This document shows, piece after piece, positions 53,762 through 64,000 of a DNA stretch of 64,000 nt; position 1 is the stretch's first letter; the number at the start of each line of letters is the position of its first letter. Position numbers and translations under genes: made by a program. A model generated the notes under the pieces. It saw only the letters and a program-made list of their open reading frames with translations, had not been told where the DNA came from and searched no databases. This stretch comes from Leucoraja ocellata (taxonomy: Eukaryota), in the NCBI GenBank assembly GCA_036785375.1, contig JAWMAR010000051.1, forward strand, positions 1,488,001 through 1,552,000, read 5' to 3'.

Positions 53762-53867
53762 CAAAAAGCTGGAGAACTCAGCAGGTCAGGCAGCTTTGCA
53801 GACTGAGTTACTCCAGCTTTTTGTATCCACCTTCGGTTTAAATCAGTATCTGCTGTTCCTTCCTACA
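53762..53867. mobile_element. Penelope-associated fold-back insert with 14-bp TSD
   Basis: CCAGCTATTTAACA 53748-53761 and CCGGCTATTTAACA 53868-53881; internal inverted repeat aaaaagctggag(a)actcag / ctgagttactccagcttttt. Confidence 0.75.
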
Positions 53868-54107
53868 CCGGCTATTTAACAGGCTGTTAAGTGAAGCAAC
53901 CAAGAGGTGTTCCTTTATTTGAAATCTGAGGATATTTTATTTAAACTCCAGTTGAGTGTGTGTCAGCTGAGTGATCGATGTTTAAAGCAGATGTGAAACA
54001 TTGTACACTTGAACCATAAAATGTCATTGTGCAGACATGCATTTTTTTTTTCATTAATTACAGCGGTGTTGAAGAGCTTTTCCTGATGGTTTTTTATTGT
54101 CTTGTAG

Positions 54108-54352
54108 ATTCGATGCACATAGAGGATGTTGAGGCTGTGCAGAAGCTGCAAGATGTCTTGCATGAGGCCCTGCAGGACTACGAGGCCGGGCAGCACGGGG
54201 AAGATCCACGCCGTGCTGGTAAGCTACTGATGACTCTCCCTCTTCTCCGGCAGACCTCCACCAAAGCTGTGCAGCATTTCTACAACATCAAACTGGAAGG
54301 CAAAGTTCCCATGCACAAACTATTCTTGGAAATGCTCGAGGCCAAGGTCTGA
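54108..54352 (+). CDS. ESRRG: ERR-gamma terminal coding exon ([15 protein letters not shown]...[16 protein letters not shown], includes AF-2)
   Basis: ttgtag acceptor ending 54107; TGA at 54350-54352; AF-2 motif [11 protein letters not shown]. Confidence 0.96.
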
Positions 54353-57135
54353 CTAGAGGAACCTAGGCCATCCCATGAAAACATACAGAAGGGGTTAGGC
54401 CACATCAAAGGGAAGAAACGTAGGAATTGAAACAGACAAAAGTTAACTGTAGTGTTTAATTGAAAAAAAAACTGCACTGATATTTAGCAGTATGACTGTG
54501 AAGCAGCTTTCAACTTCTCATTCTTCTAAGATTTTTTCATGCAGATTTTGCTGTTGAACTTTTTAATGAGGTCTCTAAATGAAGAGAGAGAAGGAAGCCG
54601 ACCCTGCCAAAGGATGGGAATCCATACTATGGATGCCACTGAATTAATAAGAAGAAAAATATCCCCATCAACAAAGGATTCAGACTGACAACTGTTTTAC
54701 CTACCAGTACAGCGCATCGACTGAATGCAGTATTAGGTTCCATATGAACAGTCTGTGATTAGGCTTCGGAGCAGTGTTGCATTGGCTGCTTCTCCTCATT
54801 GCATTTTTTCCACCTTAGATCAGTTACAGCCATTTAATTCCTTAATTGTTTTCAAGTCTTCCAGATATTTCTTAGGTTAGGAACTATGTCTATTTCAGGG
54901 AATAGTAAGCTTTACTCAGTCACGCAATACTGAAAATACTGCATTTCTTTGCTGGCTGGAAAAAAACGATGGACAGTTATGAAGAACAAACAAAACTTTT
55001 TTTAAAACCTTTGTTGTTGATGTTGTTTATGGGTTTTTTGTACCAGCTTTACCACTACAGCCATTTTATTAATCTGTGAATTTATCTTAAGCAATAGTGA
55101 ATGAGAAGGTGCATACTTTTTATGGATGCAATTTATGTTGAGTGCCAGTTCAGTCAAAATCCTCGACTTCTTTAACACAAGGTAATACATAGCTTGAAGA
55201 TCACTACTGAAATTAGATTACACCTTTATTGATAGATTAGTCAATCTGACAATTGAATCCAATGCAACAAGATTATACACTCGCTTGTCCCAACATACTT
55301 TGGAAATATGGTACTAATGTAAAATAATGTACTTGACAGGCATATTTATTAACCGTTCAAAACATGACTGTTAAGGTGTAAATTTGATTTAGCAACTAAT
55401 CAGATGTTTTCCTCCCCTTTAAAGGCTACATTTGCTACATTTTAAAAAACAAACAAAGGCGCTAACCTGTACCAAGTACTCAAATGTCAGTATTAGTAGC
55501 TGCTCCCTGTTGTACCATGTGACATCCTCTTCTGTGTACACATATGTAATCAAAGATTGTGAGCCCAACCTGAGGTCATGTATTGGAAACAAAAAAAATG
55601 TTGTAGTTCAGCTTGCAATGTTTCATGTTTGCTGTGTTCTTCTAATTTTAGTTGAATTCAAAGACTGTTGTCTTGTTCTTATTGTGGTGTTAGATTCTTG
55701 TGATTGTACGCATTAGACACAGGGTAGAATTAGAGACAGTAATGGATGTAAAATTCCTCAGGAGATAGTGTATTCTATTCCTTACTGGTGATAAGATTGC
55801 TCCTATTAATAATAAGAACAAATAGTTTAAGAATCAGAACAAATATCTCTTCCGACAATACACATTTAAATCATTAATTTAAAAAGGGATATTTTGTGTA
55901 ACAGTTTATTGTAGAATAACAATGTATATCTTAGAAAAGAATTTGAATATTTCCAATCAATAGGTAAATGTCTAATTTTTAAATGCTGTAAATATAGCTA
56001 TGTTCAAACATCTCAAATGGTTGTTAAACCAGCTTTGTGTCGTTACAAGTTTTTGGTGCATACAAGTTTCCCACAAACTACTGCTACATTGTGTGCTTTG
56101 AACAAAAAAAAAAGAAAAAGACAAAAAGGTTGGCGGTATGCATCAACCTTGTGCTATAAATACTGTGTATCATTAGCTGTACGAGACTATATAGTAGATT
56201 GTGGTTTCTCAGTAGAGAATTGACTGTACTGTGATTCTAGACTTTATTCATCATTAGCAGCTCGTTCAGGTGGTCAATAACTTGAAGTTTATAGCTGTAA
56301 TAGGGAACTAAGAAGCTGGCACGACCCTTAAAAAAAATCCAACTCCTGGGAGTAAGGTGCTGATTTTGAGTAATAGGAGCTTAGCTCTGTGGAGTGCAAG
56401 GGAAGAATTTAAGATTTATTTTGTTCATGCTTGTTGTTAGAACCAGCAGCAGAGTCTCATTTACCAGTACTCAGAGCAGAAAACTGAGATATTTAAAATG
56501 GTTCTACGTTTTAAGCTGTATCTATTTTTTTTTCTCCTTTCTTTTCTTTATAATTATCTTTTTTTCTGCTTAATTATGGCAATATGATTGTGCGACTCCT
56601 TACAGTTGCACTTGCATTTCAATCAGAACAAATATTTATTCCACTATTTGCATTTTAAAAAAAAGACAAGTTTCAAAATAATATGAAAAAATTATAAACA
56701 GCTATTTTTCTTATATAGAAGAGAATGTTGGGTGTTGGTGGTTGTATTTAAATTATTTATGCATCTGTGTTTACCTGCCTACAAACAATTTACGGCAGTC
56801 TTACATGCAAAGTTTAAAAGCAGAAAAAAACGTTTTAAAAAAGCTACAAATACCAGGAGTTGAAGTTTAATCTGTAGTGAAAAACCATGTCTGTAGGTCT
56901 AGACAAGCTTTGTGCTTCACATCTGTAAACAATCAACTGTATATTTTTGTGACGTGTATCATACTGTGTGCTCTGACAAATGTCCATTTGTGTAAATGTA
57001 TTTATTTTATATTGTATATATTGTTAATGCAAAAGGAGACAATGATTCTGTAACTTTAATCAGTTCCAATGTGTACTCTAATTATGCCTTCAGGATGATG
57101 GTAGAGCAATATTAAACACGCTTCCACTTTTACAT
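54353..57135 (+). other. ESRRG: ESRRG 3' UTR (approx. 2.8 kb; 3' end approximate)
   Basis: Follows the stop codon, has no recognisable transposon, is AU-rich with miRNA/Pumilio-type motifs and ends just after ATTAAA. A Penelope remnant starts about 350 bp downstream. Confidence 0.7.
57111..57116 (+). promoter_or_regulatory. Putative polyadenylation signal ATTAAA
   Basis: ATTAAA at the end of the repeat-free UTR, with upstream TGTA elements and downstream T/GT-rich sequence. Confidence 0.55.
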
Positions 57136-57479
57136 GCTCGAGTTTGTAGAATGCGTATTTTTTGGTAGAGCAGATCGGAACAAAATTGAGATAATTTAGA
57201 CTTCTGTTCCATTTTTGAAGTCTCATTTCATATTTCCACATTTCCTTAAATCATAGAAGGCTATATTGATTCATTAAGTCCACGCCAACTCACAAAGCAA
57301 TCCCATTCCACACTCATGAAACCCTTCAATGTCAGTAATGAGAAACATAGACCTCGAGTTGGTCAAGTCCATGCCTTGTGGCCAAGTGTGGTTGAGATTT
57401 AATAATCTACCTTTGCTTCCATTGCACCGTGCACATCACCACCACAGTGCTATGGTTGTGTTTTCAAATAAAAACAGAA

Positions 57480-57965
57480 ACTCCTACAAACGCTCAACAG
57501 CTGAATCGTGACTAACGTTCCTGGACTTTGATCGGAATGAGAGAGTTTGTGAAAAATTAAGTTTTGATCTGCAGACAAATGGGAGTGAGGAGATGAAAAA
57601 TGTATTGGGTGGAAGGTAATTTAGGCTAAATGGTAAGAATGACCAGGGTGCAAAGCAAAATAGGATGAAAATTAGATAAGGAAACAAGTTGTGTCCACGG
57701 GAAATGTACATGGGAGTACCAGAATTCATATCTGAAATTATTGAACATAGTGCTGCATATTCTACAATAGAAATGCGAGGCATCCTTCCTTGAACTTGCA
57801 TTGAGGTTCACTGAAACAGGTGAGATGAGGTAAATACACAATGTGGCAGATAGTTAAATTGACAGCTGACCAAAAGCTCCATGTTCATGTTTCCTGACTA
57901 AATGGAGGTGTTCAAACGAATAGTCACCCCAATTTGGATTCAGTCACTTTGCAGAATTTGCCTCA
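57480..57965 (-). mobile_element. Decayed Penelope-like GIY-YIG endonuclease and tail
   Basis: - strand reads KLGDYSFEHL...MFNNFR, similar to PLE 'LGDRFAEHL...EFNNFR'. Confidence 0.5.
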
Positions 57966-58228
57966 TTGTGAACAGCACACACAACGTATTAAATTTTTTA
58001 AAAAATTGTAAACAGGGCATCAAAGATAAATTAAAGTTAAAACTTCTGCACTTCAAAGTTTATTGGTATTTTCAATTCAACATTTCACGAGTAATCAATT
58101 AATCTAATATTGCCAGCTAACCAGATTTATTTTATTAATCCGCCAGTTATATTTAATTAATATGAACAAAAATAACAATGTAAATATCTCGCATCATGTA
58201 AAAGTTTCTGAACATTTCTCAGAATCAA

Positions 58229-58533
58229 GGGCAGCGCAGTACACAGCGGTAGAGTTGCTGCCCTGCAGCATTTGCAGCGCCGGAGACCCGGGTTCGATCC
58301 CAACAACGGGTGCTGTCTGTATGGAGTTTGCACATTCTCCCCGTGACCACGTGGGTTTTCTCTGAGATCTTCGGTTTCCTCCCACACTCCAAAGACGTAC
58401 AAGTTTATAGGTTAATTGGCTTGGTATAAGTGTAAATTGTCCCTAGTGTGTAGGATAGTGTTAATGTGCAGGGATCGCTGGTTGGTGTGGACTCGTGGGC
58501 TGAAGGGCCTGTTTCCGCGCTGTATCTCTAAAC
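58229..58533 (+). mobile_element. HE1/V-SINE-like tRNA-derived SINE, full length
   Basis: tRNA-like head with B box ggttcgatcc, V-domain-like core (tggagtttgcacattctccccgtgacc..gtgggttttc) and CR1-derived tail gaagggcctgtttccgcgctgtatctcta. Confidence 0.85.
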
Positions 58534-58597
58534 TTGCTTGGCTGGGTGCAGTGTGGTGGGGAGGCTTATTTGTGTATTTGAGGAGTAGTGTATTGCG

Positions 58598-58694
58598 AAG
58601 GTAGACAAAAGTGCTGGAGAAACTCAGCGGGTGCAGCAGCATCTATGGAGCGAAGGAAATAGGCAACGTTTCGGGCCGAAACCCTTCTTCAGAC
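58598..58694 (-). mobile_element. Penelope-associated short repeat with intact hammerhead core
   Basis: gacaaaagtgctggagaaactcagcggg...aacgtttcgggccgaaacccttcttcagac. Confidence 0.8.
58665..58692 (-). ncRNA. Putative minimal type I hammerhead ribozyme core
   Basis: CUGAAGA-A-GGGU(UUCG)GCCC-GAAAC-GUU: all core nucleotides present, stem II paired, helix III palindromic (ACGU). Confidence 0.55.
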
Positions 58695-58699
58695 AGAGT

Positions 58700-59300
58700 C
58701 CTGAGTGGGGATGGGAAGCTGTGAATGAAAGTGGCATCACACAGGGTTGTTTTTGATGAAGAATGACTGACGCTGTGGGCGGTTTGGATAAGGGGAAGCC
58801 TAACATGGTTCTGAGAGAAAGGAAAGGCTGTGCAAGAAGAAGTGTGGGAAATGGAACGGAAACATTTAGTTAAAGCAAATGGAAACTGTATTGGAAGACC
58901 GGTCGTGAAACATTGTGTCATCAGAGTGTTTCAAGATGGAAGAGTGAAATAGACAAAGTAGGAAGTAATGTTGCAGGGTCGATAATGTACCCCTAGAAGG
59001 GTTAAGAAAGACAAAGTCATGTTGGTGAAGGACCAAATGAAAGGGTAGGAAGGTTAGAAATTGTAACCACATTTTGGATGAAAATGGGAACTTAAAGATA
59101 GTGGTGCAAACTGTAAAACCTGTCTTGTGAGGTATTACAAAAATTCCCTTATCAACCTCAGCTGCTATGGTCAACAAGGTTCAACACCACCCGTAAAAGT
59201 GTAAGGGGAAATGTGGCATGAACCATCATCATATGGCCATTGTGATAGACATTTTCAGGACAGTCTTAGCAAAGAGATGAAAATGGAAAATTCAGGACAA
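58700..59300 (-). mobile_element. Decayed Penelope-like RT fragment
   Basis: - strand fragments TTIFKF...FLPF..HSDDTMFHDRSS resemble PLE RT/thumb motifs; multiple frameshifts. Confidence 0.4.
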
Positions 59301-59337
59301 ACTAGGAAATAATGAATAACCAAAAACATCCGGCTGG

Positions 59338-59540
59338 AAAAAAAAAGCTGGAGGAACTCAGCGAGTCAGGCAGCATCTGTGGAAGGCAATGGATAAACAC
59401 CATTTCAAGGTCAGACTGATGAAGGGTTCCGATCTGAGATGTTGTCTGTCCATTCCCCTCCACAGGTGCTCCATGACCTGCTGAGCTCCTCCAGCAGTTT
59501 GTTTTTTTACTCAAGATTCTGCAGTCTCTTGTGTCTCTAT
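59338..59540. mobile_element. Penelope-associated repeat, inverted two-arm copy
   Basis: gctggaggaactcagcgagtca...catctgtgga / tccacaggtgct..tgacctgctgagctcctccagc; central ctgatgaagggttccgatctgagatgtt. Confidence 0.7.
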
Positions 59541-60059
59541 GAGCCTGCAAAACTTTGTCTTTCTATCGACAAATTGCCACCCCTGCCTCTGAATATATCC
59601 AGTACTTTCTGATTTCAATTTAGATGAGCACTCCTGCAATACCTGCTATTGTAACTGTCAGCAAGGGCATATCTTGTCTGCGCTCTCAAACTCAATGTTA
59701 TTAGCCATATAAAGACTGAGGAAATAATCACAATTTTTAAAAATGATATGGTGCATCCATTAAACTGCTGTAAAAGAGGTGCTAATTCTAGGTGAAAATT
59801 ATACTAAGAATCAATGGCAGTTCTTTGTTGTTGCTCACAGTGTATAAATCACCAACCTTCCTTACATAACCAATATTTTGACATTTTATTCATTTGTTTT
59901 ACCACACCACAAATTTACCAAATAAGCCTTACTGAATTGGAGCACCAAGTGGCAATGAGATTAGGTCTTTCAAATAGCTCTTCTTTTCAATATTCCCAAT
60001 ATTCAACATTTTGTAAACCAAAGTGTGTGATGCTGGCTTCTTCTGAATGAGCATCTTAT

Positions 60060-60808
60060 GATGGCCGATTAGGAAAGGGGGAGATGCAACGAGACCTGGG
60101 TGTCATGGTACACCAGTCATTAAAAGTAGGCATGCAGGTGCAGCAGGCAGTGAAGAAGGTGAATGGTATGTTAGCATTCATAGCAAAAGGATTTGAGTAT
60201 AGGAGCAGGGAGGTTCTACTGCAGTTGTACAGGGTCTTCGTGAGACCACACCTGGAGTATTGCGTACAGTTTTGGTCTCCTAATCTGAGGAAAGACATTC
60301 TTGCCATAGAGGGAGTACAGAGAAGGCTCACCAGACTGATTCCTGGGATGTCAGGACTTTCATATGAAGAAAGACTGGATAGATTCAGTTTGTACTCGCT
60401 AGAATTTAGAAGATTGAGGGGGGATCTTATAGAAACTTACAAAATTCTTAAGGGGTTGGACAGGTTAGATGCAGGAAGATTGTTCCCGATGTTGGGGAAG
60501 TCCTGAACAAAGGGTCACAGTTTAAGGATAAGGGGAAAATCTTTTTGGACCGAGATGAGGAAAACATTTTTCACACAGAGAGTGGTGAATCTCTGGAATT
60601 TTCTGCCACAGAAGGTAGTTGAGGCCAGTTCATTGGCTATATTTAAGAGGGAGTTAGATGTGGCCCTTGTGGCTAAAGGGATCAGGGGGTATGGAGAGAA
60701 GGCAGGTACAGGATACTGAGTTGGATGATCAGCCATGATCATATTGAATGGCGGTGCAGGCTCGAAGGGCAAATGGCCTACTCCTGCACCTATTTTCTAT
60801 GTTTCTAT
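60060..60808 (+). mobile_element. CR1/HER1-like LINE, 5'-truncated (RT C-terminal ORF and 3' UTR)
   Basis: ORF 60084-60506 QRDLGVMVHQSLK...LYRVFVRPHLEYCVQFWSP...GDLIETYKILKG is CR1 ORF2; premature stop at 60504; tttctatg tail. Confidence 0.92.
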
Positions 60809-61644
60809 GATGATGAGCGAAAATACAGTCAGTTTTGACCTCTCACAGTTTCTGTGTCGGGAAATAATATTTATTTGGAAACATCGTCCCTTCCTCCATC
60901 ACAGTTTGAAATTTATACATGTCAAGGAAAAGAGACAGACAAACGCATCCTGTTACTTAATTGCAATCAGTGCTTCAAAAATTAAATCAGAGCATAAACG
61001 GTGGAATCATTTTGATTGATTTCTGTCTGATTAGCGATGTTTGTTCTGCTGCTCCTTAGGGCTGGAAAAATTAGGCCCTGAAGTTACTAAGGCTTTGGCA
61101 AGGGGCTGGTAATCTGAACTAGAAACTGGTTACATAAATACCTGCCCCTGGTACTTTAAGTTTATTTTGATGGGAAGGTGTGGGTTAGAGAGTGCGCCAA
61201 TAGTGATGATCATCTGCCCATCGATCACCTTTTCACACTTGTTCCACTGAATTTTAAGGTTTCATCACACTAGATACAAGGATATTTTGTGTTCTGGAAA
61301 GAGCCAAATCCTGTAATTCTCTTTAGAACCCCCGGCTTTGGGGGAAAAAAACACTTGGCTGTCAAGGACATCAGGCAAGAATGGATCAAGATGGGTGCCA
61401 CTGATATATCTTCAAGTCCTGGAAGCTCATCTCAAGTGTAGACCCATTCCATGGATGTAAATTGCCTCTCACCGCGACAAGCATTCTTGTAGAATGATGA
61501 GGCTTCTGATGTCTTTTTGCCTCTATACTAAGCATTTTATTCCATTCAGCTACTTGAGAATGTTTTTATTGTGTTCTTTTGCTTTAACCTCATACTCACC
61601 ACATATCTCAGTCAAATATTCAGCATTCTAGGAGTCCTTTTGCA

Positions 61645-62040
61645 CACTGAGTCCATGACGACCATCGATCACTCATTCACACAACTTGTGTTAGCCCACT
61701 TTTGTATCCACAACCCTACGCACTAGGGGTAATTTACAGAGGTCAATCAACCTACAAACCAGCAAGTCATAGACTCATAGAATAATAGTGTGATACAGTG
61801 TGGAAACAGGCCCTTCGGCCCAACTTGCCCACACCAGCCAACAACGTTCCAGCTACACTAGTCCCGCTTGTCTGTGCTTGGTCCATATCCCTCCAAACTT
61901 GTCCTATCCATGTATTTGTCTTTGGGATGTGGGAGGAAACCGAACCGAAACCCATGCAGTCACAGGGAGAATTTGCAAATTGCACACAGATCGCACACGG
62001 GTCAGGATTGAACCCAGGTCTCTTGTTCTGTGGGGCAGTC
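61645..62040 (-). mobile_element. HE1/V-SINE-like SINE interrupted by a CR1 3' fragment (approx. 61767-61916)
   Basis: SINE reads aacctacaaacc..|..gtctttgggatgtgggaggaaaccg with a CR1 tail inserted between. Confidence 0.7.
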
Positions 62041-62589
62041 ATTTCTTTGTTGGGAAAGTAAAATGAATACAGACATTTTAGCACTGACTTATTTGCATGT
62101 TAACATCATGACAAAATGGCCAGGGAACTGGTGGAAGAGTGTTGCTAGATGATTAAAAGCCATAACTTGCAGACAACTGTCAGGACCCAATGGTGAACTC
62201 ATTGCACAATTGATCTCAAAGTAAAACTCGTCCTCTCTGCAAGTTTAAAATGGTTAAACGGTGTGGTATCTTTCTGTAGTCTCTTTCAATATCTAGTAGA
62301 AAAGTCACGTCATTCAAATCCGTCATAAGCTTAAACGATTTTTCTTTTAACACCTTGACACATTACTGTTTTCCACGACCAAATATCCTAAGTCTAAATA
62401 ACCAAATAGATGTGATCAGCATTAGGAGAAAATGGAATACCATTGCATAAAGTAGAAGAAGAAGAATGAAAGCAAGGGCTGCAAATGAGGGCAACTTACA
62501 CGTGTGTGTTGTGGGTTACTAGAAGTGTTGAGGTGCCATTCAACACGTAGATATATTTCATGCCATTTGAAATATATCCACATTCATTA

Positions 62590-63045
62590 AAAGCATTTGA
62601 TCTGGATGCATCACTGAATGTTTTGGGAACAGCTCCATCCAAGACCACAAGAAATTGCAGAGAATTGTGGACGCAGCCCAGACCATCACACAAACCAACT
62701 TCCCTACCATTGTCTTCATCTACACTTCACGCTGCCTCGGCAAGGCCACCAGCATAATCATGGATGAGTCTCACCCCGGTCATTCCCTCTTCTTCCCTCT
62801 CCCATCAGGCAAGAGGTATAAAAGAATGAAAACGCACACCTCCAGATTCAGGGACAGTTTCTTCCCAGCTATGGTCAGGCAACGGAACCATTCTATCAAC
62901 AACTGATGGTCCTGAGCTACTATCTACTTCACTGTAGACCCTCAAACTATCTTAAATCGGACTTTACTGGACTTTATCTTGCTCTAAGCATTATTCCCTT
63001 CATCACATATCTGTACACGATTGACGGCTCAATTGTAATCATGTA
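62590..63045 (+). mobile_element. Rex1/Babar-type LINE 3' fragment
   Basis: QRIVDAAQTITQ...HPGHSLFFPLPSGKRY...TSRFRDSFFPA is typical of this clade's RT C-terminus. Confidence 0.8.
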
Positions 63046-63048
63046 TCG

Positions 63049-63388
63049 GAATGAAGAAGGATCCCGACCCGAAACATCAACCATCCTTTTTTTTCAGAGA
63101 TGCTGCCTGACCCGTTGAGTTACTCCAGCACTTTGTGTCAATAGGCCAGTAATAGGTGAATAGGTGAACACAGGGCGAGGGGTGGGGTTTGATAGGCAGA
63201 TTGTTAGACACAGGCCAAAGATGAAAAGCCCAGCCATGCTCTGCCCTGCCCTTCCTCTCTTCCAGCTTTCTTTCTCGTTCCCCCTTCAATTAGTCTGAAG
63301 AAGGGTCCCGATCTCTAAACATTAACTATCCATGTTTTTCCGAGATACTGCCTGACCTCCAGAATTACTCAAATATTTTATGTCTTTC
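63049..63388 (+). mobile_element. Two tandem Penelope-associated repeats with an inverted segment between them
   Basis: Cores at 63051-63078 and 63295-63323, both followed by the family body. Confidence 0.7.
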
Positions 63389-63389
63389 T

Positions 63390-64000
63390 ATGGAGAAGAT
63401 GTTGTCGCCTAGCTCTACTGATGGGGAAGGAAGTCAAGGAATGAGTTGCAGAGGAAATTGCTGAGTCCTCGGCCCAGGAGTTAGGAGATGAGTATGGTGT
63501 TCAAGGCAGAGCTACAGTCAATAAATAGGAGTCTCATACAGGAGACAAATAGTCTTATCCAGATGTTCTAGCAATCAGTGTAGTTCCAGGGAGATTACAT
63601 TGTCATTGAACTGTTGCGGAAGTAATTGAATTGCAGTGGATCAAGGCTGTCTACGAGGCTGGAGTTGATGCCTACCATGACCAGTGTCTCAGAACACTTC
63701 CTGATGATGGATGTCAGCATCACTGGACAGTAGTAATTAAGGCACTACCTTGTTTCTCTTTGGCAACAGAAAGATAGTGATCTTGTTAAAGCCAGCAGGA
63801 AACTCAGATTGGAGTGGGGAGAGATTAAAGATGTCTGCAAATACTGCCGGCAGCTGGACCATGCAGATTCTGAGAGCATGGCTAGGGGCTCCATCTGACC
63901 CAGCCATTTTCCACGGGTTCATTCTCGGGAAGGACGATCTAATGTCTGTGATGGTGATTGTGGATGCATGAGCACACGAGACTGTCAGAGTGGATGAGAT
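63390..64000 (-). mobile_element. Rex1/Babar-type LINE RT fragment, decayed
   Basis: NPWKMAGSDGAPSHALR...VFADIFNLSPLQSEFPAGFNKITIFLLPK matches the RT N-terminal domain pattern. Confidence 0.75.

Noticed and set aside
54341-54352. Possible alternative donor AAG|GTCTGA at the stop codon, as in ESRRB C-terminal isoforms
   Set aside because: Weak donor and no downstream coding exon identified in the window.
58229-58305. tRNA-like sequence with B box
   Set aside because: It is the head of a SINE with core and LINE tail; no complete cloverleaf.
1-64000. CRISPR arrays, operons or other prokaryotic systems
   Set aside because: The sequence is a spliced vertebrate locus; repeats are dispersed retroelements, not regularly spaced arrays.

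Overview
Vertebrate genomic DNA. The repeat families point to a cartilaginous fish, probably a skate or ray (inference). The window holds the 3' half of the orphan nuclear receptor gene ESRRG (ERR-gamma) on the + strand: four coding exons (24236-24346, 26694-26855, 51271-51540, 54108-54352; all GT-AG, phase-1 junctions, 262 codons plus stop) and a ~2.8 kb 3' UTR ending near an ATTAAA at 57111. Positions 1-24235 are upstream intron; the zinc-finger exons lie outside the window. Introns and the 3' flank carry CR1-like LINE fragments, tRNA-derived HE1/V-SINE-like SINEs, Rex1/Babar LINE pieces, an RTE-derived short element and decayed Penelope-like elements. There are two assembly gaps and many repeat-free, motif-dense blocks that look like conserved non-coding elements. 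The most notable hidden signal is a family of about 14 short Penelope-associated repeats, most carrying an intact or decayed minimal hammerhead-ribozyme core (CTGAAGA-A-stem II-GAAAC-GTH). Several have clear target-site duplications or inverted arrangements. Most ORFs in the supplied track are spurious or transposon-derived. All family assignments come from recall, not database searches.
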